Part shown: one piece after another, positions 1-6,681 of the stretch
How positions within the stretch are numbered: the stretch's first letter is position 1
Layout of the letters: each line of letters starts with the position of its first letter
UHGV virus genome: UHGV-0172014
Length of the DNA: 12,663 nt
Source of the DNA: a virus
Reading direction: 5' to 3' (one strand)
The notes under the pieces: generated by a model
What the model saw: the letters and a program-made list of their open reading frames with translations, nothing else
Told to the model about the DNA's origin: nothing
Database searches by the model: none
Made by a program: the position numbers and the translations under genes

Positions 1-385
1 TCTTGTCAATACACCTTCTATGTAGTTTACACCCATCTTCCCAATTCTGTTGCTTTCAGAAGTCATACATGTCCCTCTAACCTACGAACTCTTAAGTCAT
101 TTTAGATTCAGAATATTACCATTAACAACATCATATGATCTGATTGCAAAAGTTAAAGTTTTTTTGAATGTAAGTAAAAATTTAACAGCCATATCTGGGG
201 CTGGTTCAGAGGAATGTGCCGAAAGCGTTAAAACAAGCTATAGAAGGCAGGATTGACGCAGTGTCTAATGTAGTGAGGGATACGGATAGTTGATATCTAT
301 GTTTTCTACTAGCACAGAGTGGACAATCATATTCGGTTTTGCTCTGTGCCATAGATGTGTCAGCTAACATCGAAACAAATAAACG

Positions 386-580
386 TTATTCGATAATACC
401 CGCAAACCTATAAATCTTGTGTGATGCCCATTTATTGGGACAGGATTTTATATCAGGATCAGGAAAGTCTGGTCTATATTTCTTACCTGTTCTATGGTTT
501 ATGCTGTTCCAGCGAAGCACTGTTGATATTGAAACACCACAGAAGTCGGCGACCTGTTTAGTTGTCATTAAGTTGTTCAT
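386..580 (-). CDS. Excisionase/AlpA-like small helix-turn-helix DNA-binding protein (64 aa)
   Basis: Internal ATG at 578-580 (minus) preceded by a GGAGGGG Shine-Dalgarno; the longer 138-aa track ORF would overlap the HD gene by about 190 nt. MTTKQVADFCGVSISTVLRW... resembles small Xis/AlpA-type HTH proteins, and the position at the distal end of the leftward operon fits an excisionase. Family call is from memory. Confidence 0.55.
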   Translation of the reverse strand: MNNLMTTKQVADFCGVSISTVLRWNSINHRTGKKYRPDFPDPDIKSCPNKWASHKIYRFAGIIE

Positions 581-614
581 TGCTACCCCTCCAATGGTTG
601 TGCAGTTGAAAGAC

Positions 615-1151
615 TCATGCGCATTTGCGTAACTCCGATAACTCGTTAAAGCGTTCCATAAACATCCCGTAGGCATGGCCTGGCGACTGTGGAATAACTT
701 TGAACATCTCTGTTGCCGGGATACCTTCCAGTACAGGCCAGAAAGAGCCATCATCAAGCCCGAGATCGCGGCGTTCGGTTGCCAGCATGATGAGATCGGC
801 ATATTTCACGGGCGTGCTCATAACCGGGGGTAACCCGTATTTCTCACGGATTACGGCGTCTATTTTTTCTTCCATCCGTTTATAGTCAGGAAGAAGGCGT
901 TTCAGTGGCGCGGGGATGTCCTGACAATACGCTTCTGTTGCATCATGCATTAACGCTTCATAAGCAAATTCCTGTGATACCAGCTGGCTGCAAAGCACCG
1001 CATGTTGGGCAACGCTGTAGAAGTGTGAAAGATGACCAGCAAAGCGACAGATATTTGAAAGGGAAACCGCGATATCGTTAATAACGATGTCATTTTTATT
1101 TATCTTGTCATAATAAAAATGCTTCCCGGAAAAAGTTTTAATAAATGACAT
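615..1151 (-). CDS. HD-domain phosphohydrolase (YfbR-like 5'-deoxynucleotidase family)
   Basis: Start moved to the internal ATG at 1149-1151, which has a GGAG SD 6 nt upstream; the track start at 1214 has none. Conserved H...HD signature (RFAGHLSHF...ALMHDATEAY) typical of HD hydrolases found in phage early regions. Confidence 0.7.
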   Translation of the reverse strand: MSFIKTFSGKHFYYDKINKNDIVINDIAVSLSNICRFAGHLSHFYSVAQHAVLCSQLVSQEFAYEALMHDATEAYCQDIPAPLKRLLPDYKRMEEKIDAVIREKYGLPPVMSTPVKYADLIMLATERRDLGLDDGSFWPVLEGIPATEMFKVIPQSPGHAYGMFMERFNELSELRKCA

Positions 1152-1214
1152 TTCGTTCTCCACTTTAAATGCGCTGCACCGCGCTGAATTTTGGTAAAAG
1201 GAAGCCCTCTCCAT

Positions 1215-1560
1215 CCGGCGATTATTGAGTCAATTACATTTCCATGAATGCCCCCGTAGGGGCGGTTAGTTTCTCCACAAAACAGAGAAGAACACCTGCG
1301 GTGGCAGCCGCCCGGATGGATTGGGTTATGAGCCCGTCGTCCGGTGATGCTCTTCTCTGTTTTGTAAAAAGGACGGTACCAGCCGGAAGCAAGGGTACAA
1401 ACTGGTACCTCCAGGACTACACACAGCATAAAGTTGTGGTGCCGGGTGCCTCCCGGTGCCTGGCGAAGGTTGCACACCAGACGGGTGGGTATCCACAGAA
1501 GGTCGACTGTCAGCCTCAACCTTAACCCGCGTGCGCTGAGCCGCATTCACCACAACGCTA
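1215..1560. other. GC-rich, hairpin-dense noncoding segment (possible structured RNA or decayed remnant)
   Basis: No protein-like ORF in any frame; the overlapping track ORFs are Arg/Pro/Cys/His-rich. Contains a perfect 15-bp inverted repeat (ACAAAACAGAGAAGA 1277-1291 / TCTTCTCTGTTTTGT 1351-1365), and hairpins GCCCC-CGTA-GGGGC (1250-1263), GGTACCAG/CTGGTACC (about 1376-1409) and CCGGG/CCCGG (about 1440-1455). Confidence 0.3.
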
Positions 1561-1630
1561 AGGATTCTCTCTGGTTAAAAATACTTAGCTGTTATGTGCC
1601 TGCTTTTAGCCACATCAGGCGAGGTGGACC

Positions 1631-1690
1631 TGGTTATTCCCCAACAACAAGGATTCGGTTAATCTGGTTATCCCCAACAACGCAAAAGGA
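1631..1690 (+). repeat. Two direct repeats (CTGGTTAT(T)CCCCAACAAC) immediately upstream of the 1697 start codon
   Basis: TGGTTATTCCCCAACAAC at 1631-1648 and TGGTTATCCCCAACAAC at 1666-1682, about 35 bp apart; a third CTGGTTA occurs near 1573. Position suggests a regulator-binding site or 5'-UTR element. Confidence 0.5.
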
Positions 1691-1696
1691 AAAGAA

Positions 1697-2131
1697 ATGT
1701 CCGGTAATATCTACACGCTGTACAAATCCCACTGTGAAAATGTTGGAAAGTATCGGGGCATTGAAATCAGTGGGGTAGTGTCATCAGTCGAAATAAGCAA
1801 AGTGGAATCAAGGGCAACATTACTTACTCTTCTGGACCTTGTCTTACATGAGCACCGGAAGAAATTCGGCACTCCCTATAATCAGTTGAATGGGAAAAAG
1901 GCTCTGGTTCACCTTATTCTGATGAAGCATCACTGGATGCCAAAACAGATTAATGAGATGAAATTTGATGAACTTCTTCTTTCAATTCAGGATGAACTCA
2001 CACTTGATAAAATAAGCGTAACCGCCCAGAAATTTTTAGATTATCGAGACTGGAGATCACAAATTCATCACTTTGATGATTTTGACGAAAATGAATGGGA
2101 TCCTAATTTGTCTGCACAATATCTAAAGTAA
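1697..2131 (+). CDS. Hypothetical protein (144 aa), AT-rich orphan gene opposite to the leftward operon
   Basis: ATG at 1697 with AAAGGA SD; uninterrupted 144 codons; visibly AT-rich relative to flanking phage genes; no family recognised. Confidence 0.6.
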   Translation: MSGNIYTLYKSHCENVGKYRGIEISGVVSSVEISKVESRATLLTLLDLVLHEHRKKFGTPYNQLNGKKALVHLILMKHHWMPKQINEMKFDELLLSIQDELTLDKISVTAQKFLDYRDWRSQIHHFDDFDENEWDPNLSAQYLK

Positions 2132-2309
2132 CATCCTGTGATAAAACCGTGATTTCCTGATCCAGTTTTTTTAAGGAGTCTATTGTTTCCTGTCGATAAG
2201 ACAGCACTTCACGAAGCTGGTTTATAGCTGCCAGCTTCTTTGCCATCCACTCGTAAATTTCCTCATTTGTGTATCCGGGCGCGACGATTTTGGGTTCTGT
2301 TTTGTGCAT
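2103..2309 (-). CDS. Hypothetical small protein (68 aa), first gene of the putative leftward early operon
   Basis: ATG at 2307-2309 (minus) preceded by a strong GAGGAGGTG SD with a 6-nt spacer (track start at 2324 lacks one). The 3' end overlaps the convergent 1697-2131 gene by 29 nt. Not Arg-rich, so not obviously N-like. Confidence 0.55.
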   Translation of the reverse strand: MHKTEPKIVAPGYTNEEIYEWMAKKLAAINQLREVLSYRQETIDSLKKLDQEITVLSQDVTLDIVQTN

Positions 2310-2368
2310 TTCACACCTCCTCAAGTTATCAGTTACTTGTTGATGGGGACCAAATTGTTAAAGAGCTA

Positions 2369-2396
2369 AGCGTCCTGTAGGGCGCTTTTTTGTTGC
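2369..2396 (+). terminator. Rho-independent terminator (plus strand only)
   Basis: Stem AGCGTCC / GGGCGCT (7 bp, one G-U pair), loop TGTA, followed by TTTTTTGTTG. The reverse complement has no U tract after the hairpin, so it should not stop leftward transcripts. Confidence 0.55.
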
Positions 2397-2564
2397 TAAC
2401 GAATCACCCTAGACTTTATATGCCCCAGGCGGCTACTTCGTGGGCGTCCTGCCTGTTCGTTTTTGACATTTACTGACCGCTTACGACACATGCACTATGC
2501 ACCGTGTTGCAACCAGATTTTGTTGTAATCCTGTAGTTGGTCTGGAACAAAAGATAAAATCAAA

Positions 2565-2602
2565 TTGCGAGATATGCAAGTAGTATTTTGCGAGATATGC
2601 AA
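2565..2602. promoter_or_regulatory. OL-like operator pair: two identical 15-mers TTGCGAGATATGCAA (2565-2579 and 2588-2602)
   Basis: Each 15-mer has dyad ends (TTGC...GCAA) and matches the TTGCG-N5-TGCAA motif found in the cI-cro intergenic region; located on the far side of cI from OR, as lambda OL is. Confidence 0.5.
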
Positions 2603-2610
2603 AATTATGG

Positions 2611-2636
2611 GTGATAAAAAGCCACCTTTCGGTGGC
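2611..2636 (-). terminator. Rho-independent terminator downstream of cI
   Basis: Minus-strand RNA forms GCCACC-GAAA-GGUGGC followed by UUUUUAUCAC (plus strand: AAAAAGCCACCTTTCGGTGGC), about 20 nt after the cI stop. Confidence 0.6.
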
Positions 2637-2656
2637 CGATGGATGGGATATTGAGG

Positions 2657-3349
2657 TTAATTATGTCTCTTAAGGGTTTGCGACTGACTGATTAAGACCT
2701 TTCCAAAGACCATGAATCGGTGTTCGTTTTCGCTAGTAATTCCCCATTCACGGTAAATCTGGTTATCAGAAATCACCAGCAGTTTGTCAGGAATCATTTG
2801 AAGTCTTTTAACGTATATTTTGTCATCAAAACCAAAGACATATATACCATCACCATCAAACTGATTGATGCTGACATCGACGAAGATGAGATCTCCTGGC
2901 TCAATGGTTGGACACATACTGTCCCCACGAACGTTGATAACTTTGATGTGATTGGCTGGTCGTCCGCCGAACATTGATACAGCATTATCAGTTCTGTATT
3001 CGATGGCATGAATCACATCAATGACATCACCGCCCTGGATAAGGCCATTTCCCGCACTGGCACTGATATCCAGCATTTCAATACGGAACACATCCTTCAC
3101 CTGCGCAACATCCTCATTATTACTGTTTTTATATACAGTATTACTTTTGAGGGCAGAGGTAAAGAGATCAGCAATATCAACACCTAAGCTCTTGGCAATA
3201 TTACTCAGTGTTTGTTCGGTAAATTGTTTCTGCTTACCCGTTTCTAAGCGCGAGATGTTCGCCGCATCTACTCCTATTGCTTCAGCGAGATCGGCGATTT
3301 TCATGTTCTTCGCTTGGCGAAGTTGTCTGACTCGGTTTCCTATGTTCAT
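2657..3349 (-). CDS. cI: CI-type prophage repressor (N-terminal HTH_XRE plus C-terminal S24 LexA-like autopeptidase)
   Basis: N-terminal HTH (RQAKNMKIADLAEAIGVDAANISRLETGKQ) and C-terminal S24 catalytic motifs (VRGDSMCPTIEPGD with Ser; YVKRL with Lys); divergent from a cro-like gene. No SD before the ATG at 3347-3349, consistent with a leaderless mRNA as in lambda cI. Confidence 0.9.
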   Translation of the reverse strand: MNIGNRVRQLRQAKNMKIADLAEAIGVDAANISRLETGKQKQFTEQTLSNIAKSLGVDIADLFTSALKSNTVYKNSNNEDVAQVKDVFRIEMLDISASAGNGLIQGGDVIDVIHAIEYRTDNAVSMFGGRPANHIKVINVRGDSMCPTIEPGDLIFVDVSINQFDGDGIYVFGFDDKIYVKRLQMIPDKLLVISDNQIYREWGITSENEHRFMVFGKVLISQSQTLKRHN

Positions 3350-3446
3350 GCGTTTATTACATTTCTTTATTGCGTGATAAGCAAATCAACTTGCGCAAAA
3401 TACTTGCGTGAAATAACATGCATAACGCGCAATATTTGGAGGATAT
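3350..3446. promoter_or_regulatory. OR-like divergent promoter/operator region between cI and cro
   Basis: Repeated operator-like sites: TTGCGTGATAAGCAA (3370-3384), palindrome TTGCGCAA (3391-3398), TTGCGTG (3404-3410), and on the reverse strand TTGCGCGTTATGCA (3419-3432). A possible rightward promoter is TTGCGC (3391-3396), 17-nt spacer, TAACAT (3414-3419); promoter hexamers are tentative. Confidence 0.6.
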
Positions 3447-3707
3447 ATGCAATCACCATTACGAAATGTGCGTAAGGCGCATTGTTTCACTTTGCAGCAT
3501 GTTGCTGCGGGTGTTCAAGTCAATCCAGCGACGTTGAGTCGTATTGAGAGGCTGGAGCAGATTCCATCTATCGAGCTTGCAGAACGTTTAGCCAATTTTT
3601 TTAAGGGTGAAATCAGCGAAATGCAGATTCTTTATCCGGCACGTTTTCAATCTAGCCAAAACCAGAATGGGTTTAAACCACAGGAACAGGAGGTGAACCG
3701 TGGGTAA
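3447..3707 (+). CDS. cro: Cro-like HTH regulator (86 aa)
   Basis: ATG at 3447 with GGAGGA SD; HTH segment (AHCFTLQHVAAGVQVNPATLSRIERLEQ); divergent from cI across the operator cluster. Confidence 0.75.
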   Translation: MQSPLRNVRKAHCFTLQHVAAGVQVNPATLSRIERLEQIPSIELAERLANFFKGEISEMQILYPARFQSSQNQNGFKPQEQEVNRG

Positions 3708-4251
3708 GCATCACTGGAAAGTAGACAAACAGCCTGAGTGGTACGTGAAAGCTGTCAGAAAAACTATCGCAGCGTTGCCGGGGGGTTACGCTGAAGCTGC
3801 TGACTGGCTGGATGTAACAGAGAACGCATTATTTAACCGCCTTCGTGCCGATGGCGATCAGATTTTCCCGCTGGGATGGGCAATGATTTTGCAACGTGCT
3901 GGTGGAACTCACTTCATTGCTGATGCTGTGGCGCAGTCTGCAAATGGCGTCTTTGTGTCTCTTCCTGACGTCGAGGATGTGGACAACGCCGATATTAACC
4001 AGCGTCTGCTGGAAGTCATTGAACAGATCGGCAGTTATTCAAAACAGATTCGTTCAGCAATCGAAGACGGTGTAGTGGAACCGCATGAGAAGACAGCAAT
4101 TAATGACGAGCTCTACCTCTCAATTTCGAAGCTGCAGGAGCATGCAGCACTGGTCTACAAAATCTTTTGCATTTCAGAAAGTAATGACGCCCGCGAGTGT
4201 GCAGCTCCGGGCGCCGTGGCGTGTCGTGACTGTGGAGAAACTAACGCATGA
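3700..4251 (+). CDS. Early regulatory protein in the CII/YdaT position (183 aa); family uncertain
   Basis: GTG start at 3700 with AGGAGG SD (6-nt spacer), overlapping the cro stop; position immediately after cro matches CII/YdaT-like genes of lambdoid prophages. Functional call is positional and from memory. Confidence 0.55.
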   Translation: MGKHHWKVDKQPEWYVKAVRKTIAALPGGYAEAADWLDVTENALFNRLRADGDQIFPLGWAMILQRAGGTHFIADAVAQSANGVFVSLPDVEDVDNADINQRLLEVIEQIGSYSKQIRSAIEDGVVEPHEKTAINDELYLSISKLQEHAALVYKIFCISESNDARECAAPGAVACRDCGETNA

Positions 4252-4586
4252 ACAGTTTAACAACACACTACCGTCGCTCGCAACTGATTGCGCTTCCTGT
4301 ACCGGGTGGAAAAGCGAAGGTGGAGTATTGCTATGCAGTTAATGTACCAGGTGACAGGGAAATTGTAACCCACAGCTTTGCTGAGTGGGCTGTGGGTGAT
4401 TTCAACCGGCAGAAGGAGACAGTCCTTTGCGACAAGTTAACCGCTGGTTCAAAGATCACTACGGAGTGCCCGTCAGAGTCATTCGTTGGGAGCCGGAAAC
4501 ACAACGAGTTATCTACCTCCGCGAAGGCTATGAGCATGAGTGCTTCAGCCCGCTCGAACAGTTTCGTCGTAAATTCAGGGAAATAG
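4248..4586 (+). CDS. Hypothetical protein; possibly frameshifted (protein-like N-terminal ~57 codons, low-complexity tail)
   Basis: ATG at 4248 overlaps the upstream stop (ATGA). The first ~57 residues look protein-like; the remainder (…[22 protein letters not shown]) looks like off-frame translation, while a different frame becomes protein-like from about 4400. Confidence 0.35.
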   Translation: MNSLTTHYRRSQLIALPVPGGKAKVEYCYAVNVPGDREIVTHSFAEWAVGDFNRQKETVLCDKLTAGSKITTECPSESFVGSRKHNELSTSAKAMSMSASARSNSFVVNSGK

Positions 4587-4606
4587 AGGTCGGTCATGAG
4601 CACTAA
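4427..4606 (+). CDS. Small ORF (59 aa) in an alternative frame, TTG start with AAGGAG SD; or the C-terminal part of a frameshifted gene
   Basis: Frame is open from 4400 to the TAA at 4604-4606; TTG at 4427 sits 8 nt after AAGGAG (4413-4418). Translation (…[58 protein letters not shown]) is compositionally protein-like. Not in the ORF track (non-ATG start). Confidence 0.35.
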   Translation: MRQVNRWFKDHYGVPVRVIRWEPETQRVIYLREGYEHECFSPLEQFRRKFREIEVGHEH

Positions 4607-5537
4607 ATTAACCGGCTATGTATGGGATGGTTGCGCTGCATCAGGCATGAAATTATCCAGCGTGGCAATTATGGCCCGCCTGGCTGATTTCAGTAATGAC
4701 GAAGGTGTGTGCTGGCCATCAATTGAAACTATTGCCCGTCAGATTGGCGCGGGGATGAGTACCGTCAGGACGGCTATCGCACGGCTGGAAGCAGAAGGCT
4801 GGTTAACGCGTAAGGCGCGTCGCCAGGGTAACCGCAATGCGTCGAATGTTTATCAGCTTAACGTTGCGAAGCTTCAGGCAGCGGCATTTTCTCAACTGTC
4901 AGATTCTGACCCGTCAAAATCTGACGCATCAAAATCTGACCCGTCAAAATTTGATGCGTCGAAATCTGGCAAAAAAGCGGGTTTTCACCCGTCAGAATCT
5001 GGCGGGGATCCGTCAGTAAAATCAAAACATGATCCGTCAGATAAAAAACCTTCTCGTCCGGACGCTTCGCAACCGGACACGCAGACGGATGAACAGGATT
5101 TTTTAACTCGCCATCCTGATGCGGTTGTATTCAGCCCTAAAAAGCGCCAGTGGGGAACGCAGGATGATTTGACCTGCGCACAGTGGCTCTGGAAAAAAAT
5201 CATCGCCCTGTACGAGCAAGCCGCCGAATGTGACGGCGAGGTGGTTCGTCCCAAAGAACCGAACTGGACAGCCTGGGCAAACGAAATTCGCCTGATGTGT
5301 GTGCAGGATGGTCGTACTCACAAACAAATCTGCGAGATGTACAGCCGCGTCAGCCGCGATCCGTTCTGGTGCCGTAACGTGCTCAGCCCGTCGAAGTTGC
5401 GGGAAAAATGGGATGAGCTTTCCCTGCGCTTATCACCGTCCGTCAGCACGTACACCGAAAAACGCGAAGACCCGTACTTCAAATCCAGTTACGACAACGT
5501 GGACTACAGCCAGATCCCGGCAGGATTCAGGGGGTGA
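4596..5537 (+). CDS. Replication initiator (O-like: N-terminal HTH DNA-binding domain, low-complexity linker, C-terminal domain)
   Basis: ATG at 4596 with GAGG SD; N-terminal winged-helix/HTH-like region (SVAIMARLADFSNDEGVCWPSIETIARQIGAGMSTVRTAIARLEAEGWL); a tandem repeat array inside the linker, as the lambda origin lies inside gene O; position after the cro/CII block. Confidence 0.65.
   Translation: MSTKLTGYVWDGCAASGMKLSSVAIMARLADFSNDEGVCWPSIETIARQIGAGMSTVRTAIARLEAEGWLTRKARRQGNRNASNVYQLNVAKLQAAAFSQLSDSDPSKSDASKSDPSKFDASKSGKKAGFHPSESGGDPSVKSKHDPSDKKPSRPDASQPDTQTDEQDFLTRHPDAVVFSPKKRQWGTQDDLTCAQWLWKKIIALYEQAAECDGEVVRPKEPNWTAWANEIRLMCVQDGRTHKQICEMYSRVSRDPFWCRNVLSPSKLREKWDELSLRLSPSVSTYTEKREDPYFKSSYDNVDYSQIPAGFRG
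4896..5050. repeat. Iteron-like direct repeat array (candidate replication origin) inside the initiator gene
   Basis: Five head-to-tail 15-bp units (CTGTCAGATTCTGAC, CCGTCAAAATCTGAC, GCATCAAAATCTGAC, CCGTCAAAATTTGAT, GCGTCGAAATCTGGC; 4896-4970), then three degenerate copies (CCGTCAGAATCTGGC 4989-5003, CCGTCAGTAAAATC about 5010-5023, CCGTCAGATAAAAAACC 5034-5050) with A-rich tracts (AAAAAAGC, ATAAAAAACC). Confidence 0.6.
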
Positions 5538-5539
5538 TC

Positions 5540-6028
5540 ATGAGTCTTTTGAATGAAGTTCAGAAATTCATTGAAGCCCATCCGGGGTGTACTTCCGGAG
5601 ACATTGCGGATGCTTTTGCAGGTTACTCACGGCAGCGCGTTCTGCAGTCAGCAAGCAAGTTACGTCAGAGTGGGCGTGTGGCTCACCGTTGTGAAGGAGA
5701 TACACGCAGACATTTCCCGCGCCTGACTGAGAGAGCGCAGGAGCCGGAACCACAATCTGTTCGTGAAACCAGACCTGTGCGCAATTTCTATGTCGGCACT
5801 AACGACCCCCGGGTGATTTTGTGCCTGACCCGCCAGGCTGAAGAACTGGAGTCCAGGGGCTTATTCCGTCGAGCTGCAACGGTGTGGATGGAGGCATTCC
5901 GTGAAAGCCACTCCCAGCCAGAACGAAACAATTTTCTGGCGCATCGTGAGCGGTGCTTACGGAAAAGCAGCAAGCGCGCTGCATCGGGTGAAGAGTGGTA
6001 TCTGTCAGGGAATTACGTGGGGGCTTAA
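5540..6028 (+). CDS. Hypothetical regulator; C-terminal region resembles the PerC/Pch family
   Basis: ATG at 5540 with GGGGGTGA SD (track GTG at 5534 overlaps the SD). C-terminal ELESRGLFRRAATVWMEAF...ERNNFLAHRERCL resembles the (E)xxGLWRRAAxRW core I recall for PerC-like prophage regulators; from memory, not searched. Confidence 0.5.
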   Translation: MSLLNEVQKFIEAHPGCTSGDIADAFAGYSRQRVLQSASKLRQSGRVAHRCEGDTRRHFPRLTERAQEPEPQSVRETRPVRNFYVGTNDPRVILCLTRQAEELESRGLFRRAATVWMEAFRESHSQPERNNFLAHRERCLRKSSKRAASGEEWYLSGNYVGA

Positions 6029-6681
6029 TGAGTAATAAATATTGCCAGGCGCTGGTGGAGCTGCGGAACAAACCAGCCCATGAACTGAAGGAAGTGGGCG
6101 ATCAGTGGCGCACGCCGGACAACATTTTCTGGGGAATTAACACCCTGTTTGGCCCGTTTGTTCTGGATCTGTTTACTGATGGTGATAACGCCAAATGTGC
6201 CGCTTATTACACTGCGGAAGACAACGCGCTGGCGCATGACTGGTCAGAACGTCTTGCGGAGCTTAAAGGTGCTGCCTTTGGTAATCCCCCGTACAGCCGC
6301 GCCAGTCAGCATGAGGGGCAATACATCACCGGCATGCGTTACATCATGAAACATGCCAGTGCTATGCGTGATAAAGGCGGGCGCTATGTTTTCCTGATCA
6401 AAGCTGCCACCAGCGAAGTTTGGTGGCCGGAAGATGCAGACCATATTGCTTTTATTCGCGGGCGTATTGGTTTTGAACTGCCAGCCTGGTTTATCCCGAA
6501 GGACGAGAAGCAGGTGCCGACAGGCGCTTTCTTCGCTGGTGCTATTGCTGTTTTCGACAAGACCTGGAAGGGACCGGCAATCAGCTACATCGGGCGCGAT
6601 GAACTTGAGGCATGTGGTGAGGCCTTTCTGGCGCAGGTTCGCCAGCAGGCGGAAAAACTGGTCAGGGAGATGGCGGCATGA
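6028..6681 (+). CDS. Phage DNA N-6-adenine methyltransferase (Dam-like)
   Basis: ATG at 6028 overlapping the upstream stop (TAATG), GTGGGGG SD; catalytic NPPY motif (AAFGNPPYSRAS); size and position typical of lambdoid phage Dam methyltransferases. Confidence 0.8.
   Translation: MSNKYCQALVELRNKPAHELKEVGDQWRTPDNIFWGINTLFGPFVLDLFTDGDNAKCAAYYTAEDNALAHDWSERLAELKGAAFGNPPYSRASQHEGQYITGMRYIMKHASAMRDKGGRYVFLIKAATSEVWWPEDADHIAFIRGRIGFELPAWFIPKDEKQVPTGAFFAGAIAVFDKTWKGPAISYIGRDELEACGEAFLAQVRQQAEKLVREMAA

Noticed and set aside
50-256. 68-aa plus-strand ORF in the AT-rich left end
   Set aside because: No convincing SD, low-complexity AT-driven composition and no recognisable motif; most likely a chance ORF.
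1215-1700. Retron msr/msd, tRNA or tmRNA fragment as an explanation for the structured island
   Set aside because: No reverse-transcriptase ORF follows (the adjacent gene is 144 aa with no RT motifs) and I found no tRNA T-loop consensus or tmRNA 3'-end-like sequence by eye; it stays an open structured-RNA candidate.
1100-1778. Track ORFs 1100-1546(-), 1326-1553(-), 1244-1525(+) and 1434-1778(+) across the GC-rich island
   Set aside because: Mutually overlapping and Arg/Pro/Cys/His/Trp-rich, typical of random frames in GC-rich noncoding DNA; one overlaps the HD gene antisense; no SD context.
2720-3377. ORFs 2720-2977(+), 2794-3009(-) and 3021-3377(+) overlapping the repressor gene
   Set aside because: Alternative-frame or antisense shadows of the well-supported cI gene.
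4896-5050. Repeat array as a CRISPR array
   Set aside because: Units are 15 bp, head-to-tail with no spacers, degenerate, and lie inside a coding sequence; consistent with iterons, not CRISPR.
4837-5556. ORFs 4837-5019(+), 4985-5254(-), 5103-5327(-) and 5299-5556(+) inside the replication gene
   Set aside because: Shadow ORFs; the 4837 frame is just the iteron repeats read in another frame (repetitive QNLTRQNL...).
5568-6349. ORFs 5568-5753(-), 5788-5973(-), 5799-6071(-), 6025-6237(-) and 6149-6349(+)
   Set aside because: Antisense or off-frame shadows of the PerC-like and Dam genes.
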